Source: Octopus sinensis (lineage: Eukaryota). From it: 64,000 bases of DNA. Shown here one piece after another: positions 52,292-64,000 of this stretch. The notes beneath the pieces are model-generated. The model was not told the origin of the DNA and ran no database searches. It saw only the letters and a list, made by a program, of their open reading frames with translations. Position 1 is the stretch's first letter; each line of letters begins with the position of its first letter. Where the stretch lies: positions 34,410,001 to 34,474,000 of the forward strand of contig NC_043008.1 of NCBI RefSeq assembly GCF_006345805.1, read 5' to 3'. The translations under genes and the position numbers were made by a program.

Positions 52292-53065
52292 GGAGATCTT
52301 ACAGTTTCTCCCTCTGAAGATGGAGGCTCGTCTGATCCTATGATGAAATGAATCTACAAATATTATTTTGGGCCACTGAGATCCCAGAAACAGCTGTTGC
52401 ATTTGTAAAACTTTTCTTCACCCTCTTTAATTCCCTATATTATTTATATTCTGTATAAGCCGGGCCTTTTTGTATCTATACATATATACATTTTTTGTAT
52501 TTCATGTATTTAATATACTTTGTATATTGATCTGTCTAACTTGCTTATCCCCTACATTTACTTATACTCACACACACACAAGCACAAGTGTGACTGTGTG
52601 GCTAAGAAGCTTGCTTCCCACCCATGCGGTCTTAAGTTAAGTCCTACAGAAATATATTTTAGGCAAGTTCAGGGACAAAGACAAGTTAAAAAAAAAGTCA
52701 ATTAAATGAAAATTTTCCACCAATACAGTTTCAGGGAGCCTTTTATGTGATCTCTGTGGCTGCTAGAAATAGTATTTAAATTTTCTTCTCTTCACACCGT
52801 CATACCATCTTGATTAAAAACGGGGCACATCATATAATGCAGTCCTAGGATACACAATACTTTCTAACAATGCATTTTAGCCAAATTTTGCTGGGTCAGG
52901 TCTGATTGAGAGCTAAACAACAACACTGTTCAATATGTGCTAAAAACAAAGGCCACTGAAGTGTTTGTGCTTAAGTGAGTTAATACAGAAGAATGAGTTA
53001 TACAAGCTTCATAAATAAATTGTAAAATATAAACCAGTGCAACAAGCAAATATAAAACAAATACA

Positions 53066-53436
53066 ATAGGCGTAGGAGTGGCTGTGTGGTAAGTACCAAC
53101 CACATGGTTCCGGGTTCAATCCCACTGCATGGCACCTAGGGCAAGTGTCTTCTACTATAGCCTTGGGCCAACCAAAGCCTTGTGAGTGGATTTGGTAGAC
53201 GGAAACTGAAAGAAGCCCGTCGTGTATATGTGTGCGTGTGTGTGTGCCTGTGTTCCCCCTCCCCCCAACATTGCTTGACAACTGATGCTGGTGTGTAACT
53301 TAGCAGTTCAGCAAAAGAGACTGATAGAATAAGTACTAGGCTTACAAAGTATAAGTCCTGGGGTCGATTTGCTCGATTAAAAGTAGTGCTCCAGCATGGC
53401 CGCAGTCAAATGACTGAAACAAGTAAGAGTAAAAGA
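53066..53436 (+). mobile_element. SINE family A, young copy
   Basis: Near-consensus sequence with CpGs retained. Confidence 0.88.
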
Positions 53437-53467
53437 ATATCAAATTAATTTTTATATTTGAACATTA

Positions 53468-53855
53468 TCTTTTACTTGTTTCATTCATTAAACCAAGGCC
53501 ATGCTGGAGCACAGCCTTGAAGGGTTGTGGTGAACATATCGACCCCAGTACTCAGTACTTTTTTCTCCTAAGTTTGCTACTTATTCTATAGGTCTCTTTT
53601 TGATGAGCCACTAAGTTATAGGGATGTAAACAAACTAACACTAGTTATCAAGCAGTGTTGGAAAACAAATACAAACACATACAGTATATGTGTGTGTGTG
53701 TGTGTGTGTATGTTTACATATGTATATATGATAGGTTTCTTTCAGTTTCCATCAATCGAATCTAGGTTAGCCCAGGGTGAGAGTGAAGATACAAGGTGCA
53801 ACAAAGTGCAACTGAAACTGAAACCATGTGGTTGGGTAGTAAAATTCTTACCACA
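53468..53855 (-). mobile_element. SINE family A, old diverged copy, tail-to-tail with 53066-53436
   Basis: Reverse-complement match to the family. Confidence 0.75.
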
Positions 53856-54418
53856 AAATCAGACATTTAAATTCTTTTTTAATTTGTTACTGAACTTTTT
53901 AAGCATTAAATCAACTCAACATTCAATAATTCATATTCATTGAAGAAGAAAAACAATCAAGCAATTCAGAAGTCACAAACCCATTAATTATAGTGTTGGA
54001 ACATTTTATTATTTATTTTAATTTTTTTTTTAGATGATGAAGAGCTTAAGGGTTTACGCCAACACTATTAAATTGATATATTTTTAACGATAGTATTTCA
54101 AATGAATCGCAAACTAATATTTTTGATGTGTGCTCAGAAATCAAAATGGATTTCTGAAATAGAATTCCCAAAATAAACATATTCTTAAATGGAAGTAGCA
54201 GATTCACTTCTGCAATACAGAATTTTAAAAAAGCCCGAGTTATTTAAATTTATACCAAAGCGCAGGCATGGAGTGCAGTAAGTAAGAAACTTACTTTGCA
54301 ACCAGTCTTGGGTTCAGTCCCACAGCATGCCATCTAGAGTAAGTGACTTCTATTATAGCCCTGGGCTGACCAAAGCCTTGTGAGGGGATTTGTTAGACCG
54401 AAACTGAAAGAAGCCTTT

Positions 54419-54480
<62 letters not shown>

Positions 54481-54509
54481 AGCTCCTTTCAGTTTCTGTT
54501 GCACACACA

Positions 54510-56473
54510 TATATTAACACTATTAAAAATAAGGATTACTCCAAAGTAGCAATAACATTACCTTTAATTCTATAATTATACACTGCCTTTAAAGACCAAC
54601 ACATTTCAATTGCACCAATTAGTAATGATTGAAATTGCAATCCTACTATAAAACAGAGCAGTCTCTTCAGGGTCTTAACTTGATATCCCTCAGTATCACC
54701 ATTTAATGATTTTCTTTTCTAAACTCTGTATTGTATAATTGAGAGTTGTCCATTAAGTCAGGCGTGAACAATTTCTAGTTCAAGCTCTTATTAGATAATC
54801 ATTTTCAGTCCATCATTTCAAAACCTCGTGTAGTTTAAATGATAATTATTCATTTATACTTCGCAAATGTGAATCTCCTCATGTGCAATCATCTCAATGC
54901 TTGCTCCTGTCTAGAATTTATTACATTACTCTTGGATGTGAAAATCCTGTAAAATTCTTCTAAACATAGATCATATCTATTGGTTACAGGCCTGTATGGT
55001 TTTGCAGTACAAATTAACTCCCATTTAATCATAAAGTCCTTATTACTGTCCTTACAAGACCAGATTAATTTGCTAAGACTCATTTGGAACCTTTTATCTC
55101 CTCTTGAAAATTAATGATGTCCCACCAATGTAAACGGATTCCTTACCTTCAGATGTAACTGTACATCTATATGTTACATTTTTAGTTTTACACTTATATT
55201 CTACATAACAGGATTCCTGTTTAGAACAATTGCAAAGATAACCTTTTATATTTCTCTCAGATTTAATTTCAATGTGATTGCTCATTGCAGAATTAAATTC
55301 ATTTCCACTAAATTCCTTATTACTATTTACTCCTTTAGATAACGTTATCTTTGTTATCTAAAGAAGTTTACTTTCCAACGACATGGTTGCACTTTGTTGC
55401 ACTCTCGCCCTGGGCTAACCTAGCTGAATTTTTATTTGATTTGACATTATTTATGCTAAATTGCATTGCTTCCTTTTCCACGACATTTACATTCTTAGCA
55501 TTCCCTACTATTTGAGTTTCTTGATTCCATTTAAAGTTATTATGCTTTGAATTTATTACACAATTCTGATTGCAATCGCTTTTTTGAAATTTCGATATTA
55601 TTTTAACATTATGTGCTGCTAAAATTTGTGCAATATTACAGCTAAGGCAATAACCCAATCTAATCTTATGTCGATTAAAAATTTTGTAATATTTGTGGTT
55701 TCTTGAAAAATATCTTTGAATTGCTATATTAAACAATTTGGAAAAATTGTAATTGACCGGTTTACCAAATGGAACAATTAACCATAAAGTATCTTTCAAG
55801 TTAAGATCATAATTTTGATGTTTATACCTGTTTTGTTTTTCAAAGGAGTAAGTATTCTCTGATTTCGATCCATTTTAAAGTTAGTGTTTATTTTACTATT
55901 ATTTTTGTCTTTAAATCTTTTTTTAGCTGATTTTATATTAAAAGAGTTTGCGATTTTATTACAGATCTTAATACTACATCCTCATTTCCATTAGCAGCAT
56001 GAGAATTTTTCACCTGGTTATCAACAATCTTATAACTATTCCTTTTGCTGTAAACATGATTGTTCATTTGTTTATTTTCACAATTAAAAATCACCTACTC
56101 TTGTTATTTTATCAACTTGAACATTTGATTTTAAATCTCCATTACTACATTTGTTATATGTAGATTTGTTTATAGCACTAGATTTTAGGTCTGCAATATT
56201 AAAACTACTATTTAAATCTGATTCGCTATTTGACTAATTTTATCATGCCAAGTATTAGTAGTCTTCATTAAGTTTGAAAATATTCTCATTGGCTGATAAT
56301 TTAGTCTACGTGAAATGTTCTTTATTAGTGAGTTTGTTACTGATTTGGGATGATTACTTCCAGTATTTACATATTTCATGCTTTCTTTAGGTTTATGAAA
56401 GGGTTAAATAAATTCCAGTTTTAATCTCCAACATAACATCTAAGAAGTTAATATAGTCATGTTCGTCCTCTAT
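54510..56473 (-). mobile_element. Penelope-like element (PLE), 5'-truncated: RT thumb, CxC linker, C-terminal GIY-YIG endonuclease, 3' pLTR-like region
   Basis: INFLDV, KYVNTGSNHPKS, LSANENIF, KIFNRHKIRLGY..HN, CNC..C..C, VTY..VYIGGTSLIFKRR, LSKLIW, DLCLEE, NSRQE. The 5' end abuts a (TA)n/(TG)n tract. Stops and frameshifts present. Confidence 0.85.
54592..54676 (-). ncRNA. Type I hammerhead ribozyme motif (CpG-decayed) in PLE 3' region
   Basis: Minus strand: stem I aagacc/ggtctt (6/6 pairs); core CTGAAGA; stem II gactgc/gcaatt with a long internal hairpin; GAAA; then tgtgtt, read as palindromic CGCG-type stem III plus UH after CpG decay. Confidence 0.72.
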
Positions 56474-56482
56474 TGTTATAAA

Positions 56483-56525
<43 letters not shown>

Positions 56526-57559
56526 TGTGTGTATGTGTGTCTTTGTCTTGAGGTGGACATTAGAATTAAATGATGATGATGAATAATGAAAAAGATCAAA
56601 ATTTCTATTTCTTATTAAGTAGCTGTTGATGATTGTTGAACTCAGTGAGGGGTCGCACAAAAAGTTTCAAATATGGAAGCATGATACAGAGGTCAAATAT
56701 CAACCAAATTTTCAGTGAGTTGCAAAAAATACAAAATCATATTGTTATCTTGATATTGGTTATCAGTGTATTGGATGTAGATAACTCAATGAGAACTATT
56801 AAAGCAATGAGTACACAAAATTGCAGTGATATCTGCTACCAAAAAGTTTAAAAAAGAAAACACAAGGACGAAGAGAATTTTTGCTACCTTAGGATATATC
56901 ATTAGAATTGGACCAGATGAGAGGATGTCTATGCAATTGCTCAACCTGCTAGAAATAGCAACAAAATCACCTTTTAATCACCTCAAATATTTTCATCAAA
57001 GGGAGGGCTATAAATACAATGTGTCAGTCCTAGATATACAAAGACATAGAATGATCACAACAGGAAATGTTCTTTGATCACTTGCCTGCTCAATCCAGTA
57101 AAACCTGGGGTTAAACTACAACAGTTAATGTCGGTGTAAGTTGCTATGAATGTACAGTAGCTAAGGTTAAGATAGAATTACAAACTCTTTCATATATAAA
57201 AATATACTTTATTTTATTGACCCTCAAAAGGACAAAAGGTGTCGACCCTTAGCAGGATTTCAATTCAGAATGTAGAAAGCCAGAACAAATGTTACAAGGC
57301 TTTTTATTCAACACTCAAATGATTCTGCCAAAGGTTTAAAAAAAAACTGTTACTTCCATGCAATGGGCAAGTTGTATAATGCATATGTAAGAAGTGTAGA
57401 GCTGTATGATAGAGACAAGAACAGAGTATGCAGAATAAAAATGGAGCATTTGTTGCCTGTAATAACATTAACCTACAGGAAACACTGAAGAAAATAGTCA
57501 AGAATTATAACCATTTGCCAGTGGTTTGTTTAGCTTCAGGTCAGACCTGATTGAACAGT

Positions 57560-57950
57560 ATAGGTATGGCTGTGTGGTAAGTAGCTTGCTTCCCAACCAC
57601 ATGATTCTGGGTTCAGTCCCATTGCATGACACCTTGAGCAAGTGTCTTCTACTATAGTCTCAGGCTGACCAAAGCCCTGCGAGTGGACTTCGCAGACAGA
57701 AACTGAAAGAAGCTTGTCATATATAAGTATATATCTATGTGTGAGTGTATGTGTGTCTGTATTTGTCTCCCCATCTTTGCTTGACAACCAGTGTTGGTGT
57801 GTTTGTGTCCCCGTAACTTAGCAGTTTGGCAAAGAGGTCGATAGAATAAGTACTGGGCTTAAAAAATAAGTCCTGGGGTCGAATTAATTGACAAAAACAC
57901 TTCAAGGCAGTACTCTAGCATGGCCACACAGTCAAATGACTGAAACGAGT
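57560..57950 (+). mobile_element. SINE family A
   Basis: Full-length match. Confidence 0.82.
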
Positions 57951-58399
57951 TTTGAAAAAGAAAAGCATTCCAGTTGTAACCATCCAATTAAGACTACCTT
58001 ATTCAAGATGTTCTTTGTCTAAAAAAGTAGTGTCATTTCTGGATTTTTCTAACAGATCAAGTAACCACAAAGAGCTCTTCCCACTTCCTCATTGGCTTGT
58101 CTGCGTACACAGGAGAGGTAGTCGTATTAGTATGGTCATGTAAAATATACAGATAACACCTGTCAGATAAAACTGTGTCTATATGATGTCTGTAAAAGAT
58201 AACTGTAGTGTATAAGACTGGTGAAGATAATGAAAAAATAGTGAAGTTATATCTGAGGAAGCTTGACTCCACAGATGTGAAAACACAGTACAAATAATAT
58301 TGGTGAGACATTGCTAATGCAGACCCATAAAATTCATGCCATCGTGGAAAATTTATATATATAACAGTAATAATTATTTCTAACATAGTTACAAAGTCA

Positions 58400-59890
58400 G
58401 AAATTTGGTGGGAAGCAGGTGGTAGTCAGTTAAATTAATCTCAGAAATTGACTGATATTTATCAACCCCAGAGGGATAAACAGTAAAACTAACCCCAGTA
58501 GGGTTTGAACTGTGAATATAATAAGCAGACTGGAACAAATACCACCAGGTATTTTTTTCTGATACTTTAACAATTCTGCCAATCCACCACCCTAAATAAT
58601 AACTTTTTCTAATTTAAGCAAAAGGCTAGCAGTTTTGAGGAGGGGGGGCGTCAGTCGTTTATATCAGTCCCAGTACTTAACAGGTACTTTATTTTATTGA
58701 CCCTCAAAAGGACAAAAGTTGTCGACCCTTAGCAGGATTTGAATTCAAAATGTAGAAAGCCAGAACAAATGTTACAAGGCTTTTTATTCAACACTCAAAT
58801 GATTCTGCTAATCTGCAGCTTAATAAATAATAATAATTCTTTCTGATATAGGCACAAAGCCTGAAATTTTAAGGGAGAGGACTAGTTGATTCCATCGACT
58901 CCAGTACTTAACTGGTACTTAATTTATCAACTCTGAAAGGATGAAAGGCAAAGTCGACCTCAGCAGAATTTTAACTCCTCAGTAGAACTTGAACTGAGAA
59001 TGTTGTGGCAGGTGAAATACCACTGAGCATTTGTCCAGCATGCTAATAATTCTGCCAGTTCATTGCCTTAATAATAACAATGGTTTCAAATTTTGCCATT
59101 TTAGGAGAGGGGATAAGTCGATTACATCGACCCCAGTATTTCACTGGTACTTAATTTATCGACCCTGAAAGGATGAAAGGTGAAGTCGACCTCGGCGGAA
59201 CTGGAACTCAGAACATAACAACGGGTGAAATACCACTAAGCATTTCGCTCAGCATGCTAACAATTCAGCCAGCTAAGTACCTTCAATGATAATAATAATA
59301 ATCCTTTCTACTATAGACACAAGGCCTGGATTTTTGTGTGGAGGGGCACAATCAATCGCATTAATCCCAGTACTTGACTGGTACTTAATTTATTGACTCC
59401 GAAAGGATGAAAGGCAGAGTTGACCACGGCGGAATTTTGACTCACAACATAGCGACTCGTAGGAGTGGCTGTGTGGTAAGTAGCTTGCTTACCAACCACA
59501 TGGTTCCGGGTTCAGTCCCACTGCGTGGCACCTTGGGCAAGTGTCTTCTACTATAGCCTCAGACTAACCAAAGCCTTGTGAGTGGATTTGGTAGACAGAA
59601 ACTGAAAGAAGCCCGTCGTATATATGTGTGTGTGTGTGTATGTTTGTGTGTGTGTTTGTCCTCCCAACATCGCTTGACAACCGATGCTGGTATGTTTACA
59701 TCCCTGTAACTAAACAGTTCAGTAGAAGAATAAGTACTAAAGCTTACAAAGAATAAGTCCTGGGGTCGATTTGTTTGACTAAAGGCGGTGCTCCAGCATG
59801 GCCACAGTCAAATGACTGAAACAAGTAAAAGAGTAAGCATTTCACACCGTGTGCTAACAATTCTGCCAGCTCACTGCCTTCAATAATAAT
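58400..59890 (-). repeat. Cluster of about five same-orientation family C-related SINE copies separated by (AAT)n
   Basis: Recurrent ccagtacttaactggtacttaatttatcgacc..gaaaggatgaaaggc..gtcgacctc units about 230 bp apart. Confidence 0.78.
59458..59833 (+). mobile_element. SINE family A, young, nested inside a family C copy
   Basis: The family C sequence resumes after the tail (taagcatttcacaccgtgtgctaac). Confidence 0.88.
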
Positions 59891-59895
59891 AATAA

Positions 59896-59926
<31 letters not shown>

Positions 59927-60364
59927 TTGTGGTAGTAGACCTAAATAACAAAGATGAAGGTAAGGTTGATTTCAGCTTGGTTTTTCAGCTAACTCAATAA
60001 CAAGGTTTCAATACAAAACAAAGAAACTGAATGATTCACAACAGTCGTGTTCATTTTCAAAAGAGAAAGACAAATCAATGATGCATCCATTTCTCTTATA
60101 TAGGAAACCTTATCAAACTTAATTTACAATCTTCTATCTCCTGTTACCATACACAATGCATATGAAATGCTTCATTTTGTGTCTGTAAATATATACATAT
60201 GTTTACAATTGGAATTTGAACAACGAGAAGTATGCTATGCCAATATGAGGGACGGCTAACTTTAGTCATTGCTACTGAAAGCAATACTGTATTCTCAATA
60301 TGTCAAAGAATCATTATAAAATATCAATGCCTTTGTTTTTTTAAGTAACACCATATGTTTTTAA

Positions 60365-60406
<42 letters not shown>

Positions 60407-60535
60407 GGGAACATGTGACTAACAAATTTAGAACAGTTAGAATATTACAGCCTGGTTCCTGATAATGCACTCTCTGGAAAATGAGCTCCTGACCCAAATA
60501 AACATTAGAGCAAATTAAAAATGTCTTTCATATAA

Positions 60536-60569
<34 letters not shown>

Positions 60570-60572
<3 letters not shown>

Positions 60573-60945
60573 CAGGAATGGCTGTGTGGTTAAGGAGCTT
60601 GCTTTGCAACCATGTGGTTTTGGGTTCAGTTTCACTGAGTGGCATCTAGGGTAAGTGTCTTCTATTAATGCCTTGTGAGTGAATTTGGTAGACAGAAATG
60701 GTGTGGATACCAGTCATAGTGTGTGTGTGTGTGTGTGTATTGGTGTTTGTACCCTCTACCACTTCATGACTGGTAGTGGTTTGTTTACATCCCCATAACA
60801 TGGCAATTTTGGCAAAAGTGGCCAACAGAGCAAGTACCAGCCTTAAAAAATAAGTACTGGAGTCAATTTGTTTGACTAAACCCTTCAAGACAGTGCTCCA
60901 GCATGGCTGCAGTGCAATAGCTAAAATAAGTAAACAATAAAAGAT
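60570..60945 (+). mobile_element. SINE family A, diverged
   Basis: Full-length match. Confidence 0.78.
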
Positions 60946-63859
60946 AAAGGCAATTCAGCAAAACACATTTTGTTGAAAGTATACAGACCAAAATAGGAAT
61001 TTGTCACAGTTGGAATTTTGTGGGTGCACTACTGTACTCGTGAAGACCCACCCACCACAACAAAACTGAGATCTTAAAACCACTCAGTTAAGGTGTAGTG
61101 GAGGAAATGGTAAGAGTGAAGAGTCAGCATGTCTGTATGTCAAAGGTCATGGTGTATTAGTGAACACAACCCCAACAATCTGATATACAAAAATTATTTG
61201 CCTAACTTTGATCTAAATTTTGTAACTGAGTTGAGATTCCACACACTGCAGGACTTGCAACTCAGACTGACATATTTGTAACTTTACATAGATAAAGCTG
61301 TAATGTGTGTGAGTATGTTTGTGGGTACCTTTGTACCTCTCACATAGCATGACAGTTGTAAATGAGTGTTATTCATTTCCAATATTCTGCAAAAATATGT
61401 CTGGTCATGGGAAAATATTACCTTGCTTCAGAATAGGTAAGGGCTAGCGACCCAAAGGATATTTAGTCATGGAAAATCAGCCTCAACTCTGTCTAACCCA
61501 AACAAGCATGGAAAAGCATACGTTAAAACAATAATGATAGATAGACAGACAGACAGATAATGTATGCCTGTACCCATATCAATAAATAAACAAGATAGCC
61601 TTATCTATTTTATCTCAGTAGACAGTACAATATATGTACCTTTAGATAAAACCAGATAACTCTCCAAAAATACTAAACAGCACATTTCATATTCAAATGG
61701 TCAGTTTTTTGGGTTTTTTTCAGAAGACTGGAAACAATGGGCATTCGTTTGCAATTATCATGTGACGTCAAGACAAGAAGACACCAAGTAACTCTCTCTC
61801 ACACACACACATATATACACAACAGGCTTCTTTTATTTTCCATATACCAAATCAACTTACAAGACTATAGTAGAAGTCATTTACCCAGCATGCCACACAG
61901 TGGGATTGAACCCAAAACCATGTTATTGAGAGCAAGCTTCTCTACTACACAGCCATGCCAAAACAAAATTCCACAAATCTAACATCCTGCATTGTTATCT
62001 CCTTCCAATGTATTTTCTCAAAATATCTTAGAAAAATTAATTCTGGATTTCACCCACACACTATGCATTCTTTTCCTCTAAATCCAGCTGTTTTCCAATA
62101 TCTTATCAATTTACAATAGTGGATTGTAGATGGATTCAACTTTTGAATGAAGACCTTCCCACACGATCTTAACCCCACGAAAGACATCCGCAAAAACTCT
62201 GACCCATGTCCAGCATTATTTGTTCATTAAAAGAATATTCCATCACAGTTCACCAGTTACTCCAACTAAGAAAGAGAGCAGTGAAAAGAATGGTATACAA
62301 AATGGTTTAAATCGTGTTACCACAAAATAGACAGCCAGAGATAGCAAAGCTGTTAGTATCAATAAGGCTATACAAAGAATTCAGGAAATGTTGAAGCTAA
62401 TATTTGCCAGATAGATCAATGTTCACTGATATGGATGGCATAACATGCAACTAACTAATAAATGGTTTGATTTATGCCTCGGTATCTTGATGCTGATGCA
62501 TAGAAATGTTTCTCTTTAAATAGAAAGTATTTGGATGAATTTCAAAGAAAGACTGGCACAATATCGGAAACTTATAAAAAAGGGTCAGAACCATTTTTTT
62601 TTTTTTAGTCAGAAGCACTGAGAAACTGCACAAAGCTAAAGAGATATTTATTTTCAAAGTCAACTTGGCAAAAGAAAATAAAAGTATTTAGATAATGGAC
62701 TTTATAACAATGAGCTTAATGAAATTATAGCCTAAGAAATATTTCAATAAAATCAAATATATTTATAGATTATGACTGCTAACATCAGAAATGTATATCA
62801 TCATCATCATCATCATTATAACCATAACCATCCTTATTATTTGAATGTCAGTATTTTTATGCTAGCATTTGGACAAGTCTGTACTTCATTATGTCCGAGC
62901 ATCTTTCAGTCTTTTGGAATACAGCATGACATTTCTTCATTCAGAATATATATCATCCATTTGCATTACATTCATAACAGCATAGGCATTTCTTCTGCAC
63001 AGACTACAATTCATCTGCTGCATCAATCTGTTTGCACTTGACTTGTTTTGGTTAATACTGCATATCAACAGCGCAATATTATACTTCAGATGCTGTCGAT
63101 CCTTAACATCAACTGCTCATATGATACCACACTTCTTATTTATGATTACTTAGCAGATGCAATTTTCTAAGCTACTTCCATCCAATTTGAAACCTAGCCT
63201 CTATGTTGCCACCACCATCACCACTATCATTTGTTTCTCAATATTGAAATGGGTTAGATAGCTCTGTACTACAGTATATCTATAACTCAGTTCTGTATCA
63301 TTTCAAATGTGAAGTAAATTTTCAATATGTCTTTCATCTGCCTTTATTACAGATACTACTTTTTTTTATCCAACATACATTATTACTTTGCATTACCTTC
63401 TACTCTGAGGCAACAAGCTGGGAGGACCATTAGTATGTTGGACAAAATGCTTAACAGCATTTCTTCTGGTTTTATATTCTGAGCCACCAAGGTTGACTTG
63501 CCTTCCAGCCTGTGTCAAAATTTGAAACCATTATTTTGCAGCAATAAATGCAGCAAAATATCTAAGCAATAAATGGGCTTTATTTAAGCTTGCTAATTAC
63601 TCTTGAAAAGACCAGAAAATCTTTAAATAGTTGTTCAATCTAGTAGATAAAGCAAACAAATTTTTTTCAAAATCACATCAAATGGTCTTAAAAACAAGCT
63701 ACATTGGATAGAGTAGTCCTAGATGTAGTAAAAAAAAACATAAAAAAAGGGGTCTGAAAAATGGCAGAGGGAGTATTCCATAGCTGGAATACCTTTCCTC
63801 ATAGCTTTGTTTGATTAAAGCCAATTTGAAGCTACACAACTCCTACCCCCTTACCTTAG

Positions 63860-64000
63860 CAACTCTTACAACGATGAGAGTCCCAGCTAATACGATCAAT
63901 GGAACAGCTTGCTTGTGAAATTAACATGCAAGTGGCTGAGCACTCCACAGACACATGTACCCTTAACGTAGTTCTCAGGAAGATTCAGTGTGACAAGCCT
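63860..64000. repeat. Partial interspersed repeat, SINE-like, running off the window end
   Basis: GC-richer segment with CpG decay (gtggctgagcactccacagacacatgtacccttaacgtagttctc); family not established. Confidence 0.4.

Noticed and set aside
62040-62430. Possible L1/Tx1 C-terminal remnant (KECIVCG)
   Set aside because: A single short motif; too weak to call.

Overview
AT-rich, repeat-saturated eukaryotic intronic/intergenic DNA. The SINE/LINE families resemble those of octopods; this is an inference from remembered repeat families, not a database hit. No host gene can be named. Supported content: a young 5'-truncated CR1-like LINE with an intact ~580-codon RT ORF and (TAAC)6 tail; two decayed RTE LINE pieces and many short elements carrying the RTE 3' tail; at least three tRNA-headed SINE families, some with clear TSDs; two decayed mariner transposons; four piggyBac-type (TTAA) MITEs; a Penelope-like element (RT thumb, linker, GIY-YIG); a Gypsy-like pol relic; a U6 snRNA pseudogene; and abundant microsatellites. 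Features not explained by these: three hammerhead-ribozyme-like motifs; five local, non-tandem copies of 60-207 bp taken from 0.3-1.6 kb away, some with microhomology jumps; a U6 copy fused to a SINE head; a mariner flanked by a 13-bp direct repeat; a 157-bp tandem array at an RTE 5' end; a 340-bp palindrome; a TGA at a conserved Cys position of the Penelope endonuclease; and a weak minus-strand exon chain that could encode a small signal-peptide protein.
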